Positions 56,624-64,000 of a stretch of DNA of 64,000 bases are shown one piece after another. The first letter of the stretch is position 1, and each line of letters starts with the position of its first letter. The position numbers and the translations under genes were made by a program. This DNA is from a bacterium. GTDB taxonomy: Bacteria > UBA4055. The stretch is from positions 7,089 to 71,088 of the forward strand of contig JAKQBN010000055.1 of assembly GCA_029559475.1 (NCBI GenBank), read 5' to 3'. The notes below the pieces were generated by a model. That model worked only from the letters and a program-made list of their open reading frames with translations. It did no database searches and had not been told where the DNA came from.

Positions 56624-57509
56624 TAAAATTCGCCTCGCCGGGCATACCGATTTTCAGGCTGCCGTCGTTTTTAACTTTTATCTTCACGGCGTAAACCAGA
56701 TTCACTCTTTCAGCCTTGGTCTGAATGATCTTCGGCGTGAATTCAGCCTTATCGGATATCCAGGTGACCGTACCTTCATGCTTCTTCATTTCGCCTGACT
56801 GAGTATCCGTCAGAACTTCCGCTTTACCGTTCAGCTTTAAGGAAGATATCTGATCGCCGGAAACATATACTTTCAGATAGATATCCGACAATCCGGCGAT
56901 TTTATACAGCGGCTTGCCAAAAGCGGTGATCTCGCCGGCATTCGCGTACTTCGTCAGAACGGTTCCGCCGATCGGATTGACCACATAGCATTTCCGGATC
57001 TGATCATTGATCTGATCGATCTGAATATCTATTGATTTCAGCTCGTCGCCGATGGAAGTTCCCTGCGTGGAAATGCTCTGCATCTGCCTGTCGAACACCT
57101 TGATCTGGGCTGAAATATCATCAAGCTGTTTCTGCGTGGCGGCGTCATCCTTTAAAAGCTTTTCAAATCTGTCGAGTTCGCGCACTGCATTAGCTTTCTG
57201 CTCTTTCACGACTTCGATCTGCGCATAAATATTTTTATTTCGAGCTCTGACTATATCCTTTTGCGTCACAAGCTGCGCTTTTTTCAGGCTCAGCTGAATT
57301 GTATCAATTACAGCCGTGATCTCATTTGCAGCCGCTTCATCGCCTTCGCTGATATTAAAAAATCCTATCATTCCGTTAGCCTGCGATGAAACTATGATCT
57401 CATCAGCCTCAAAATTACCGTAGGCGTCGCTTTTCTGCTCATTCGCCGTGCATGAAGCGAGGATAAAAGTAATTGATATTATCAGAGCGTATAAAATTCT
57501 GTTCTTCAT
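56610..57509 (-). CDS. HlyD-family periplasmic adaptor (YbhG-like)
   Basis: Lipoprotein-like N-terminus (LASCT), coiled-coil hairpin region, beta-barrel C-terminus. Confidence 0.8.
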   Translation of the reverse strand: MKNRILYALIISITFILASCTANEQKSDAYGNFEADEIIVSSQANGMIGFFNISEGDEAAANEITAVIDTIQLSLKKAQLVTQKDIVRARNKNIYAQIEVVKEQKANAVRELDRFEKLLKDDAATQKQLDDISAQIKVFDRQMQSISTQGTSIGDELKSIDIQIDQINDQIRKCYVVNPIGGTVLTKYANAGEITAFGKPLYKIAGLSDIYLKVYVSGDQISSLKLNGKAEVLTDTQSGEMKKHEGTVTWISDKAEFTPKIIQTKAERVNLVYAVKIKVKNDGSLKIGMPGEANFNVVR

Positions 57510-57512
57510 GAT

Positions 57513-58787
57513 CTATTCCTGATTGTTTAATAAATTGTTGTAATTGACCTTAGCCTGAACAAGCATAATTTCGTGCGATCTCAAAGACTGCCTCGATAGG
57601 TTCAGTGCGCTTGAATATCCGATATAATCGTTCACGGTTATCGTACCGTGCGCAAGCTGTTTATCCGCAGTCTCAAGAATACTTTCTCTGATGGTGATTA
57701 TCTCTTTATCTTTTTCCAGCAGGCTTTTATAATTCTCAATATCTGCTAATGTCTTATTAAGCTGGATGTCGAGCGTTTTATTGAAAGCTTCCTTCTGCTT
57801 TTCGATGATATGTTTCGTATTTGTAAGAATGTCTTTCTCGCGTGAATTCGTATAAAGACCCGAAATGTCATATTCAGCCCTGACACCCACTATACCGTAG
57901 GTATCGAATTCATTGCTGAACATATTCAGCCCGGGTTTTGAATAACCCGTCTGCGCGAATCCGTAAAGCTTTGGCATCAGCTTTGATTCAACCGTCCTTA
58001 TCGTGTTATCGAGCTTCAGTCTTTCATTCTTGAAAGATTCAAGCTCGAGCCGTTTTGAATTCTTAGAAACTTCAGCCGCTTCCGGAATGACAAATTCCGT
58101 ATCAGAGCTTATTTCTCTGCTCATCAGATCAGAGAGCATATCAATGTTCGCTTTCTTAAGAACATCTGTCTCTGATACCTGCTGTTCAAGGTTAAGGATC
58201 TCCGCTTTCAGGATCAGTGAGCTTGTCTGAAGCATCACGCCGTTCTTCACTCCGGATTCAACCGTTCTCATCTTGGAACTAAGATCATTCAGGCTGATCT
58301 CAAGCGCTGCTTTTTTCTCCTGAAGGAGAAGGACGGCGAAATATAGACTGTTTACTGTCTCATTTAATTTATAAAGTTCAGACTCAACTTTAAGGCTGTC
58401 GCCGAGATAGATCGTTTTTTCAGTATTTATCTGACTTTTCACTAACCCGCCGTCCCAGATAAGCTGTTTTACATCAAGCTGGAACTGATATCTGTCTTTA
58501 TCCGGAGATTCAGGCGATTCGATCGTGAAAAGGGGAGAGGAAGGGAATTTGATCGGGAATTCAGTCACATCGCTCTGATAAGTTGCCTGAGCTGACAGCG
58601 TCAACTTAGGATAATAGTTCGTGAAGAGGTTTTTACTCTTCATCCTGAACGAACTCTTCAGATATTCCTTATTCTGATATGTCGGAAAGTTCTTTCTGAC
58701 CTCTGATCTGCATTCCTCAAGCGTAAGCTTCGTCTGCGCGAACAAAGCAGAAACAGCGAGAAGGAAAATTAATAATTTCATCTTCAT
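57513..58787 (-). CDS. TolC-family outer-membrane efflux protein
   Basis: Signal peptide and two repeats of the TolC/OEP coiled-coil + beta pattern. 424 aa. Confidence 0.8.
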   Translation of the reverse strand: MKMKLLIFLLAVSALFAQTKLTLEECRSEVRKNFPTYQNKEYLKSSFRMKSKNLFTNYYPKLTLSAQATYQSDVTEFPIKFPSSPLFTIESPESPDKDRYQFQLDVKQLIWDGGLVKSQINTEKTIYLGDSLKVESELYKLNETVNSLYFAVLLLQEKKAALEISLNDLSSKMRTVESGVKNGVMLQTSSLILKAEILNLEQQVSETDVLKKANIDMLSDLMSREISSDTEFVIPEAAEVSKNSKRLELESFKNERLKLDNTIRTVESKLMPKLYGFAQTGYSKPGLNMFSNEFDTYGIVGVRAEYDISGLYTNSREKDILTNTKHIIEKQKEAFNKTLDIQLNKTLADIENYKSLLEKDKEIITIRESILETADKQLAHGTITVNDYIGYSSALNLSRQSLRSHEIMLVQAKVNYNNLLNNQE

Positions 58788-59416
58788 TTTATCACTATCG
58801 AGTTAATTATTGTTTCGGTCACTATCTTTTTTCTGTCCTGAATGAATTTATTGAATTCGGCTTCATCCATCCTGAATAAGCCCTTAACCAGAGGTTTGGC
58901 GGCAAAAGGAAAAACATTCATTGAAATGAGGTTTATCATTACCTGCCTCAGGTCAACATCCTTCAGCCTGCCTGCTTTTTTCTCTTTTTCGATCTGGGCA
59001 AGGATCTTTTTAAGCCTGTCATCCTTTTCATATAACTTAGAAAAAATATTCACGAACATCTCGGGACGCCTGTTCACTTCATTTACGATAAAAAGGGGCA
59101 GATGCCTGTTCTTGCTCAAAAAATCCGCGTGCTTATCAACGAATACGGTGATTTTGTCCTCAAGGCTCATGTCCGCATTAAATAGGAAATCCATTTCTTT
59201 CGCAAGCCTGTTGAAAGCCATCGCGAAAATCATCTCGAACAGCTTATCCTTCGAGCGGAAATAATAATGTAAAAGAGCCTTGTTGATCCCTGCTTTATCG
59301 GCGATCTCCTGCATCTTGGCGCCGTCATAACCTTTCTTCTCGAAGATCTCATTTGCGGCAGTGATTATTTTCTCTTCGGTATTCTCATTTTTATCTTCAG
59401 CCATTTTAAAATCCAT
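58784..59416 (-). CDS. TetR/AcrR-family transcriptional regulator
   Basis: The HTH is MQEIADKAGINKALLHYYFRSKDKLF. Its stop overlaps the TolC start (ATGA). Start set at MDFKMAEDK (59404 is also possible). Confidence 0.85.
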   Translation of the reverse strand: MDFKMAEDKNENTEEKIITAANEIFEKKGYDGAKMQEIADKAGINKALLHYYFRSKDKLFEMIFAMAFNRLAKEMDFLFNADMSLEDKITVFVDKHADFLSKNRHLPLFIVNEVNRRPEMFVNIFSKLYEKDDRLKKILAQIEKEKKAGRLKDVDLRQVMINLISMNVFPFAAKPLVKGLFRMDEAEFNKFIQDRKKIVTETIINSIVIK

Positions 59417-59693
59417 TTTGTTAACTTTATGATTTAACTGTTTGGTTATACCGAATGGTAAGATAACACAATGAAAAGGTTTTGTCAAGAAGCAGACAAA
59501 GAAATATCATTTGTGTTTCAAGAATACTGGCGTTAAATTACTAACTAAAATTTTTATTGAAACAAAAGTATGTAACCGCAAGAGGCAATGTTGAAATAGC
59601 ACAGGCTGATATGTAACTACAATTCAGCAATAAATTTTCGCAGAAAATGAGACGAGTTGAAAATAAAAATTTGAAAAATTGGAGAAGTTATAT

Positions 59694-59819
59694 ATGGAAT
59701 GGTTAAATAAACTTTTCGGCAGGAAAGAAAATTCGGTAACTTCCGCGCCTAGCCAAAATCAAATATGCAGCGTCTGTGAACAAGAATATAAGATCGAAGT
59801 AGATTCTGTTGCCGTTTGA
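59694..59819 (+). CDS. 41-aa ORF with a single CxxC
   Basis: ggaga RBS 8 nt upstream. MEWLNKLFGRKENSVTSAPSQNQICSVCEQEYKIEVDSVAV. Possibly a truncated zinc-ribbon remnant. Confidence 0.25.
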   Translation: MEWLNKLFGRKENSVTSAPSQNQICSVCEQEYKIEVDSVAV

Positions 59820-59887
59820 CTTGAGTTTACATACACAAAAAGCTTGATATTCTGCTAAAAACAATCTAAATTACTTGAAAAGGAGTT

Positions 59888-60589
59888 GTGATGTCAACAA
59901 CACTAAAGAATTCCACAAAGGAAACTAGTACCAATGCTGATAGTCCTGTAGAAGGACTTGTGTCATTGTCAGCCATAGAAAATCCGGAAAATTATATTGG
60001 ACAAACAGCATTTGATCCAGGTAATGGACATTATCTCGGAAAATTAGTCAGTATAGAAAAAGAGAATGGGAAATGCTTGGTCAAAACCGACTTTGGTAAA
60101 GAAATAAGCCGGGATGTAAATCAAGTGATCGTGACAAATGCTTCGGAGAATACTCAATCCTCTGAAATGAGTTTTAAGGAGGTTAAGAAACTGTATTATA
60201 TATCACGGAGATTTTTGCTTGTTCCCTTTATACTGGGGCTGGGCATTCTTTATTTTGCCTATGGATTGGCTGGAATTTTTGAAAACTATAGTATTTGGAT
60301 AGAAGAGAAGGTTAAGTTTGCTATTGTTGTGGTTATTCTTACTTCAATAATTATATTCCTGTTCATCACCTATGTTGGTAGCATTAAAAGGACAAGTTGG
60401 GGTAGAGTTATGATGATGATTGTGTTTTATGTGTTTATTATTATCAAAATACCGTTCTTCATTTCCCCTATTTTCGCAATTATTGGATTCTTCGAATTTC
60501 GTAAGTCTAAAGCGTTGTTTGGTGAAAATCGGATTACTCATACCGCTATTAAAAAGGAATTTAAATCCCGTAAGGTATTAGGAAAATGA
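59888..60589 (+). CDS. hypothetical membrane protein
   Basis: 233 aa. Soluble N-terminal ~100 aa, then 3-4 hydrophobic helices. Its stop overlaps the next start. Confidence 0.5.
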   Translation: MMSTTLKNSTKETSTNADSPVEGLVSLSAIENPENYIGQTAFDPGNGHYLGKLVSIEKENGKCLVKTDFGKEISRDVNQVIVTNASENTQSSEMSFKEVKKLYYISRRFLLVPFILGLGILYFAYGLAGIFENYSIWIEEKVKFAIVVVILTSIIIFLFITYVGSIKRTSWGRVMMMIVFYVFIIIKIPFFISPIFAIIGFFEFRKSKALFGENRITHTAIKKEFKSRKVLGK

Positions 60590-60999
60590 GGAATTGGTTA
60601 AACAACATGAAAGGAGATCTTGAAATGAATTACCAATCAGGAATCTGCATGGACTTACGGTGTCACCGCAGACAGCAAGCGTTTATTTATTATGCGTTGA
60701 TCGCTTTTGTTGTCGGCATCGTCCTTGGAGGATGTTCCCATAGTGAGACTAAGTGGAAAGAAACTCAAGAACAGTATACGATTGAAGCCTACATATCTTA
60801 CATGAAAGAGTTACCGGATAGCCCTCATGTAAACGAGGCGAAAGCTCGAATCGAAGAGCTTGAGTGGGAAGCAGCTTTTAAGGCCAAAGACGAGCAGCTA
60901 ATACGTGTCCTTTTAAAGAAGTACCCATCCGACAAGAACCGGATCCGAGCTGAAGAAGTTTTGTGGTCAATCAAGTGGCCAACCGTTAGGCAATCATAA
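60586..60999 (+). CDS. hypothetical lipoprotein with one TPR-like unit
   Basis: Lipobox VLGGCS. YTIEAYISYMKELPDSPHVNEAKARIEELEW resembles the repeat units of the next gene. The true start is uncertain. Confidence 0.45.
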   Translation: MRNWLNNMKGDLEMNYQSGICMDLRCHRRQQAFIYYALIAFVVGIVLGGCSHSETKWKETQEQYTIEAYISYMKELPDSPHVNEAKARIEELEWEAAFKAKDEQLIRVLLKKYPSDKNRIRAEEVLWSIKWPTVRQS

Positions 61000-61018
61000 T
61001 AAGGAACAGTATATACTT

Positions 61019-63076
61019 ATGAAACTTTTAGGAAATATTATCGCTTTGCTGATTGTTGTAGTAATACTTGCAGGATGCGTAAGCACTGCGTATAAGACCG
61101 CAACTATTGCGAATACGATTGCATCTTACGATCAATTCCTTAGAAATCATCCTGGCAGTCAATTTGAATCTGATGCCCGGAGTCGGCTCGACTCGCTGTA
61201 CTTTCAGAGTACCGAGTGGGAAGGTTCGATCCAGGCGTATGAGAACTTCCTTCAAGTGCACAAGAACTCTCCCTATATAGCAGAAGCCCGGAGTCGGCTC
61301 GACTCGCTGTACTTTCAGAGTACCGAGCGGGAAGGTTCGATCTATGCGTATGAGAACTTCCTTCAAGTGCACAAGAACTCTCCCTATATAGCAGAAACCC
61401 GGAGCCGGCTCGACTCGCTGTACTTTCAGAATACCGAGAAGTACTGGGCAGCTGCGCAAGAGACCGACAATATCGAAGGATATGTGGCATTCCTTGATGA
61501 ACATCCCGGGTCGTCTCGTACAAAGGAGGCAACAGCACGAAAAGAATTGCTCGAAAAACACTTGGACGAATGGAAAGATGTCATGCGTAATCCTACCAGG
61601 CAGAGTCTCATGCTTTACTGCGACCGGAATTCGGATAGCCCTTACCTCACAAAAGCAAGGGTTGTAATTCAGGACATGGAAGGACGCGACATCGTCGATC
61701 TCCTGAATGAAAAAAAAGTCGAGATTGAGACCAATGGCAGTGGAATTCAGGAGATAAGAGCCCGTATCCGGAAGCTTGTAGATTATCCTATAAGGGTTCT
61801 TTTTCCTATTGGTAGCTACTTTGTCTCCTCCAGGCTGTCGGCGCAGAACATGGTATCGACAGCAGAGACGAGCATGCATCTTACAGGCAGCGAATGGAAA
61901 TCGGTTTCGATATCGGCAGCATGCGCTAATAGACTAAAGCATATTCCTGGTTCAGAAGACACGTTCACTGTTCAGCGATTATATTTGGAGGAACTGGCTA
62001 GAATTATGCCTGTTCTTGATAAGGCAGGTGTGAGTTACGAAACACGCCAAGCAGCAGTATGGATTGTGACGGACAATGCCGATTACAATGATCTTGGAAT
62101 CCTTGTCCAAGACGACAGAAGTCGAGAAATAAACGAACTTGAAGCGGCGCGTGCCATGAAGATTTGCGTCGAAGCTGGTATTGATATCCGGCTGAAGAGA
62201 ATCTGGAGCGACTGGCAGGAGATTATTACTGGATTGCATGACGCTGAATTGAAGACATGGTTCGCTATTTACGGAGCACATTTTCTTGATTCAGATAAAA
62301 AAAGTGCTAAAGATCGAAATAACAAAAAGGTACAGAAAAATATTGAAGCAATCCCTGAAATGGTATTTGTGGAGGGTGGTACGTTTCAGATGGGAAGTAC
62401 TAGCGGAGATCAAGATGAAAAGCCTGTTCATAATGTAACACTTTCTGATTTTTACATCGGCAAGACTGAGGTGACACAGGCGCAGTACCAGGCTGTCATT
62501 GGCGAAAATCCGTGTTGTTTTAAAGACGATAATTTACCGATAGTAAATGTGTCTTGGTACGATGCAGTTAATTTCTGCAATAGGCTTAGTGAAATGGAGG
62601 GACTGGATATTTGTTACAGTGAAAACGATTTTAAAATTACCTGTAATTTCAAAGCCAAAGGGTACAGGCTCCCGACTGAGGCTGAATGGGAGTATGCAGC
62701 AAGAGGGGGGAATAATAGCAAAGGATACAAGTATTCCGGAAGCAACAATGCAGATGATGTTGCCTCAGAGTATGGTTCGAATCCATATTCTGTAGCAGCA
62801 AAACAGCCTAATGAAATTGGTATATATGATATGAGTGGAAATGTCTGGGAGTGGTGCTTTGATTGGTACCGCAGTTACATGAACAGTCCAAGTAATAATC
62901 CAACAGGGCCAAGTTCGGGCTATAATATAATCTGCAGTGGCATCTGGGACCACTTTGTCGGGTTCTGCCGCGTCCTACGGGGCGGCGACTGGAAATACCG
63001 GTGTGTTGATCGATACTACTATCCCCCATGGCGCAGAATCAACCGCGTCGGCTTTCGTGTCGCAAGGACGCCTTGA
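61019..63076 (+). CDS. lipoprotein with TPR-like repeats and C-terminal FGE-sulfatase (SUMF1/EgtB/PvdO-type) domain
   Basis: Lipobox LAGCVS. The C-terminus carries GGTFQMGS...DEKPVHNVTLSDFYIGKTEVT, YRLPTEAEWEYAARGG, NVWEWCFDWY, RVLRGGDW and GFRVARTP. Confidence 0.85.
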   Translation: MKLLGNIIALLIVVVILAGCVSTAYKTATIANTIASYDQFLRNHPGSQFESDARSRLDSLYFQSTEWEGSIQAYENFLQVHKNSPYIAEARSRLDSLYFQSTEREGSIYAYENFLQVHKNSPYIAETRSRLDSLYFQNTEKYWAAAQETDNIEGYVAFLDEHPGSSRTKEATARKELLEKHLDEWKDVMRNPTRQSLMLYCDRNSDSPYLTKARVVIQDMEGRDIVDLLNEKKVEIETNGSGIQEIRARIRKLVDYPIRVLFPIGSYFVSSRLSAQNMVSTAETSMHLTGSEWKSVSISAACANRLKHIPGSEDTFTVQRLYLEELARIMPVLDKAGVSYETRQAAVWIVTDNADYNDLGILVQDDRSREINELEAARAMKICVEAGIDIRLKRIWSDWQEIITGLHDAELKTWFAIYGAHFLDSDKKSAKDRNNKKVQKNIEAIPEMVFVEGGTFQMGSTSGDQDEKPVHNVTLSDFYIGKTEVTQAQYQAVIGENPCCFKDDNLPIVNVSWYDAVNFCNRLSEMEGLDICYSENDFKITCNFKAKGYRLPTEAEWEYAARGGNNSKGYKYSGSNNADDVASEYGSNPYSVAAKQPNEIGIYDMSGNVWEWCFDWYRSYMNSPSNNPTGPSSGYNIICSGIWDHFVGFCRVLRGGDWKYRCVDRYYYPPWRRINRVGFRVARTP
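61175..61440 (+). repeat. 111-bp (37-codon) tandem repeat, about 2.4 copies, inside the lipoprotein gene
   Basis: Copy 1 (61175-61285) and copy 2 (61286-61396) differ at 3 positions. A third partial copy starts at 61397. Confidence 0.9.
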
Positions 63077-63310
63077 TGCATATGGGGGTACTTGCATGCG
63101 GGGGTGGGAATGAGTTACCTTTTAGCCTTCTTACCTTTTTACCTTATTTTTGAATTTGATTTAAACGGGAATATTTTGTATGGTATTTTGGTAAGTCCAT
63201 ATTACAATCGTTGTAAAAGATTGTATTCAGTTGAGAAAGAAAACACTTGCAATAAAACTATTATAGTGTTATATTATAACTAAAATGTAACTACAGAAAG
63301 GAGTAGAGGC

Positions 63311-63496
63311 ATGAATATAACGATAAGAAATATACCGGATGATGTAATTGACAAAATAAAAACAATTTCTAAGATGGAAAAGAGAAGTCTGAATAATGAA
63401 ATTCTCCTTGTCTTAGAACGCGGAATTGAAGATGAATTAAGAAATTCATTCAATATTTACGACGGCAGAACTTTAGGCCGCGAGGTTGAGCTATGA
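63311..63496 (+). CDS. ribbon-helix-helix (Arc/FitA-like) antitoxin
   Basis: MNITIRNIPDDVIDKIKTISKMEKRSLNNEILLVLERG. Its stop overlaps the ATG of the vapC remnant (ATGA). Confidence 0.7.
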   Translation: MNITIRNIPDDVIDKIKTISKMEKRSLNNEILLVLERGIEDELRNSFNIYDGRTLGREVEL

Positions 63497-63696
63497 TCCT
63501 TCTCGATACAGGCATTTGTATTGAAATACTTCGGGGAAACAACTATGCGGTCGAAAGAAGGTAGTCCTACGATGAAAGAGTTACGATCAGTTTCATAGTT
63601 GCCACCGTTTTCACTAAATGTACAAAACTAGTCACCGGCAATACAAAACACTTTGACAGGTTCGAGAATCTTACGATTGAAAACTGGCTGAAATAG
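63493..63696 (+). pseudogene. decayed PIN-domain vapC (N- and C-terminal fragments only)
   Basis: MILLDTGICIEILRGNNYAVERR* (63493-63564) is a PIN N-terminus. ...LVTGNTKHFDRFENLTIENWLK* (ends 63696) is a PIN C-terminus in another frame. The middle ~190 nt expected for a full PIN are missing. Confidence 0.65.
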
Positions 63697-63754
63697 GGTT
63701 ACTGCTCAACTGCCACTTTGTTTATCAAGCAGTATATTATTTTAAAAGAGAATA

Positions 63755-63783
63755 TTGACAATGTATGTCAAATGCCTTATATT
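63755..63783 (+). promoter_or_regulatory. promoter with palindromic operator, leaderless geometry
   Basis: TTGACA-atgta-TGTCAA (63755-63771). 17-nt spacer from the -35 box to TATATT (63778-83). The ATG at 63790 sits where the TSS is expected. Confidence 0.45.
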
Positions 63784-63789
63784 GCTTTT

Positions 63790-64000
63790 ATGAAGATATT
63801 CAAGTGGAATGCAGAGAAAAACGAAACACTTTCAAAAGAAAGAGGCATTACTTTTGAGGAGATCATTCAAAGAATTGAAGCAGGTGCGGCAGTAATAGAA
63901 ACTGATCATCCGAATAAAGAAAAGTATCCCAATCAGAAAATTCTGATCGTTGATGTCGAAGGATACGCATATTTAGTTCCGTGCGTGATCACAGGAGATG
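63790..64000 (+). CDS. BrnT/DUF497-like toxin, partial (runs off the window)
   Basis: MKIFKWNAEKNETLSKERGITFEEI...NQKILIVDVEGYAYLVPCV loosely fits the F.W...K...L...RG.sFEE pattern of BrnT-type toxins. No stop before 64000. Confidence 0.45.
   Translation, partial: MKIFKWNAEKNETLSKERGITFEEIIQRIEAGAAVIETDHPNKEKYPNQKILIVDVEGYAYLVPCVITGD

Noticed and set aside
61028-61879. 283-aa minus-strand ORF (plus 61140-61538, 132 aa) inside the lipoprotein gene
   Set aside because: It is antisense to the FGE-domain lipoprotein gene. Its internal repetition simply mirrors the 111-bp tandem repeat on the coding strand.
63092-63283. 63-aa plus-strand ORF after the lipoprotein gene
   Set aside because: It has no RBS and a low-complexity Leu/Phe/Tyr-rich product in AT-rich spacer. 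It is probably non-coding.

Overview
AT-rich bacterial chromosomal window. By eye the accessory parts are clearly AT-richer than the housekeeping core (GC not computed). A T9SS-type C-terminal sorting domain suggests an uncultured FCB-group or Cloacimonadota-like organism, but that is inference only.

Layout:
(i) 1-13.06 kb is an accessory, defence-like arm. It holds a single-polypeptide Type IIG-like RM enzyme, a DUF4062-like + Schlafen/AlbA_2-type pair, a MoxR / metallopeptidase-VWA module, an ORF6N protein and a large AAA+ ATPase.
(ii) 13.09-35.0 kb is ordinary core. It holds an Rsm22-like methyltransferase and a long plus-strand operon (kdsD-mutS-pyrG-folC-rho-YfhO-like-hppA). Minus-strand genes follow: MscS, SagB-type nitroreductase, dgkA, PAP2, DEAD-box helicase, SPFH, CDF. 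A T9SS-tagged cyclophilin closes the block.
(iii) 35.0-51.8 kb is an array of small accessory modules: RhuM, DUF4160/DUF2442, DUF4143 ATPase, AbiL-like pair, DUF5131, XRE-Panacea, PIN TA. The module junctions carry short direct repeats related to the 3' end of the adjacent ABC-2 permease gene.
(iv) 51.8-59.4 kb is a TetR-TolC-HlyD-(PflX-like radical SAM)-ABC-2 efflux operon.
(v) 59.5-64 kb holds lipoproteins, including a TPR-like/FGE-domain protein with a 111-bp tandem repeat, plus a decayed vapBC and a partial BrnT-like toxin.

The best candidate for an undescribed system lies in block (iii). It is a tight six-gene minus-strand operon at 43280-49819: radical SAM / ParB-like / small PD-ExK / SNF2 helicase / second ParB-like / HEPN.

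I recognised no rRNA, tRNA, CRISPR array, integrase or transposase. All domain calls come from motif recognition by eye; no searches were run.
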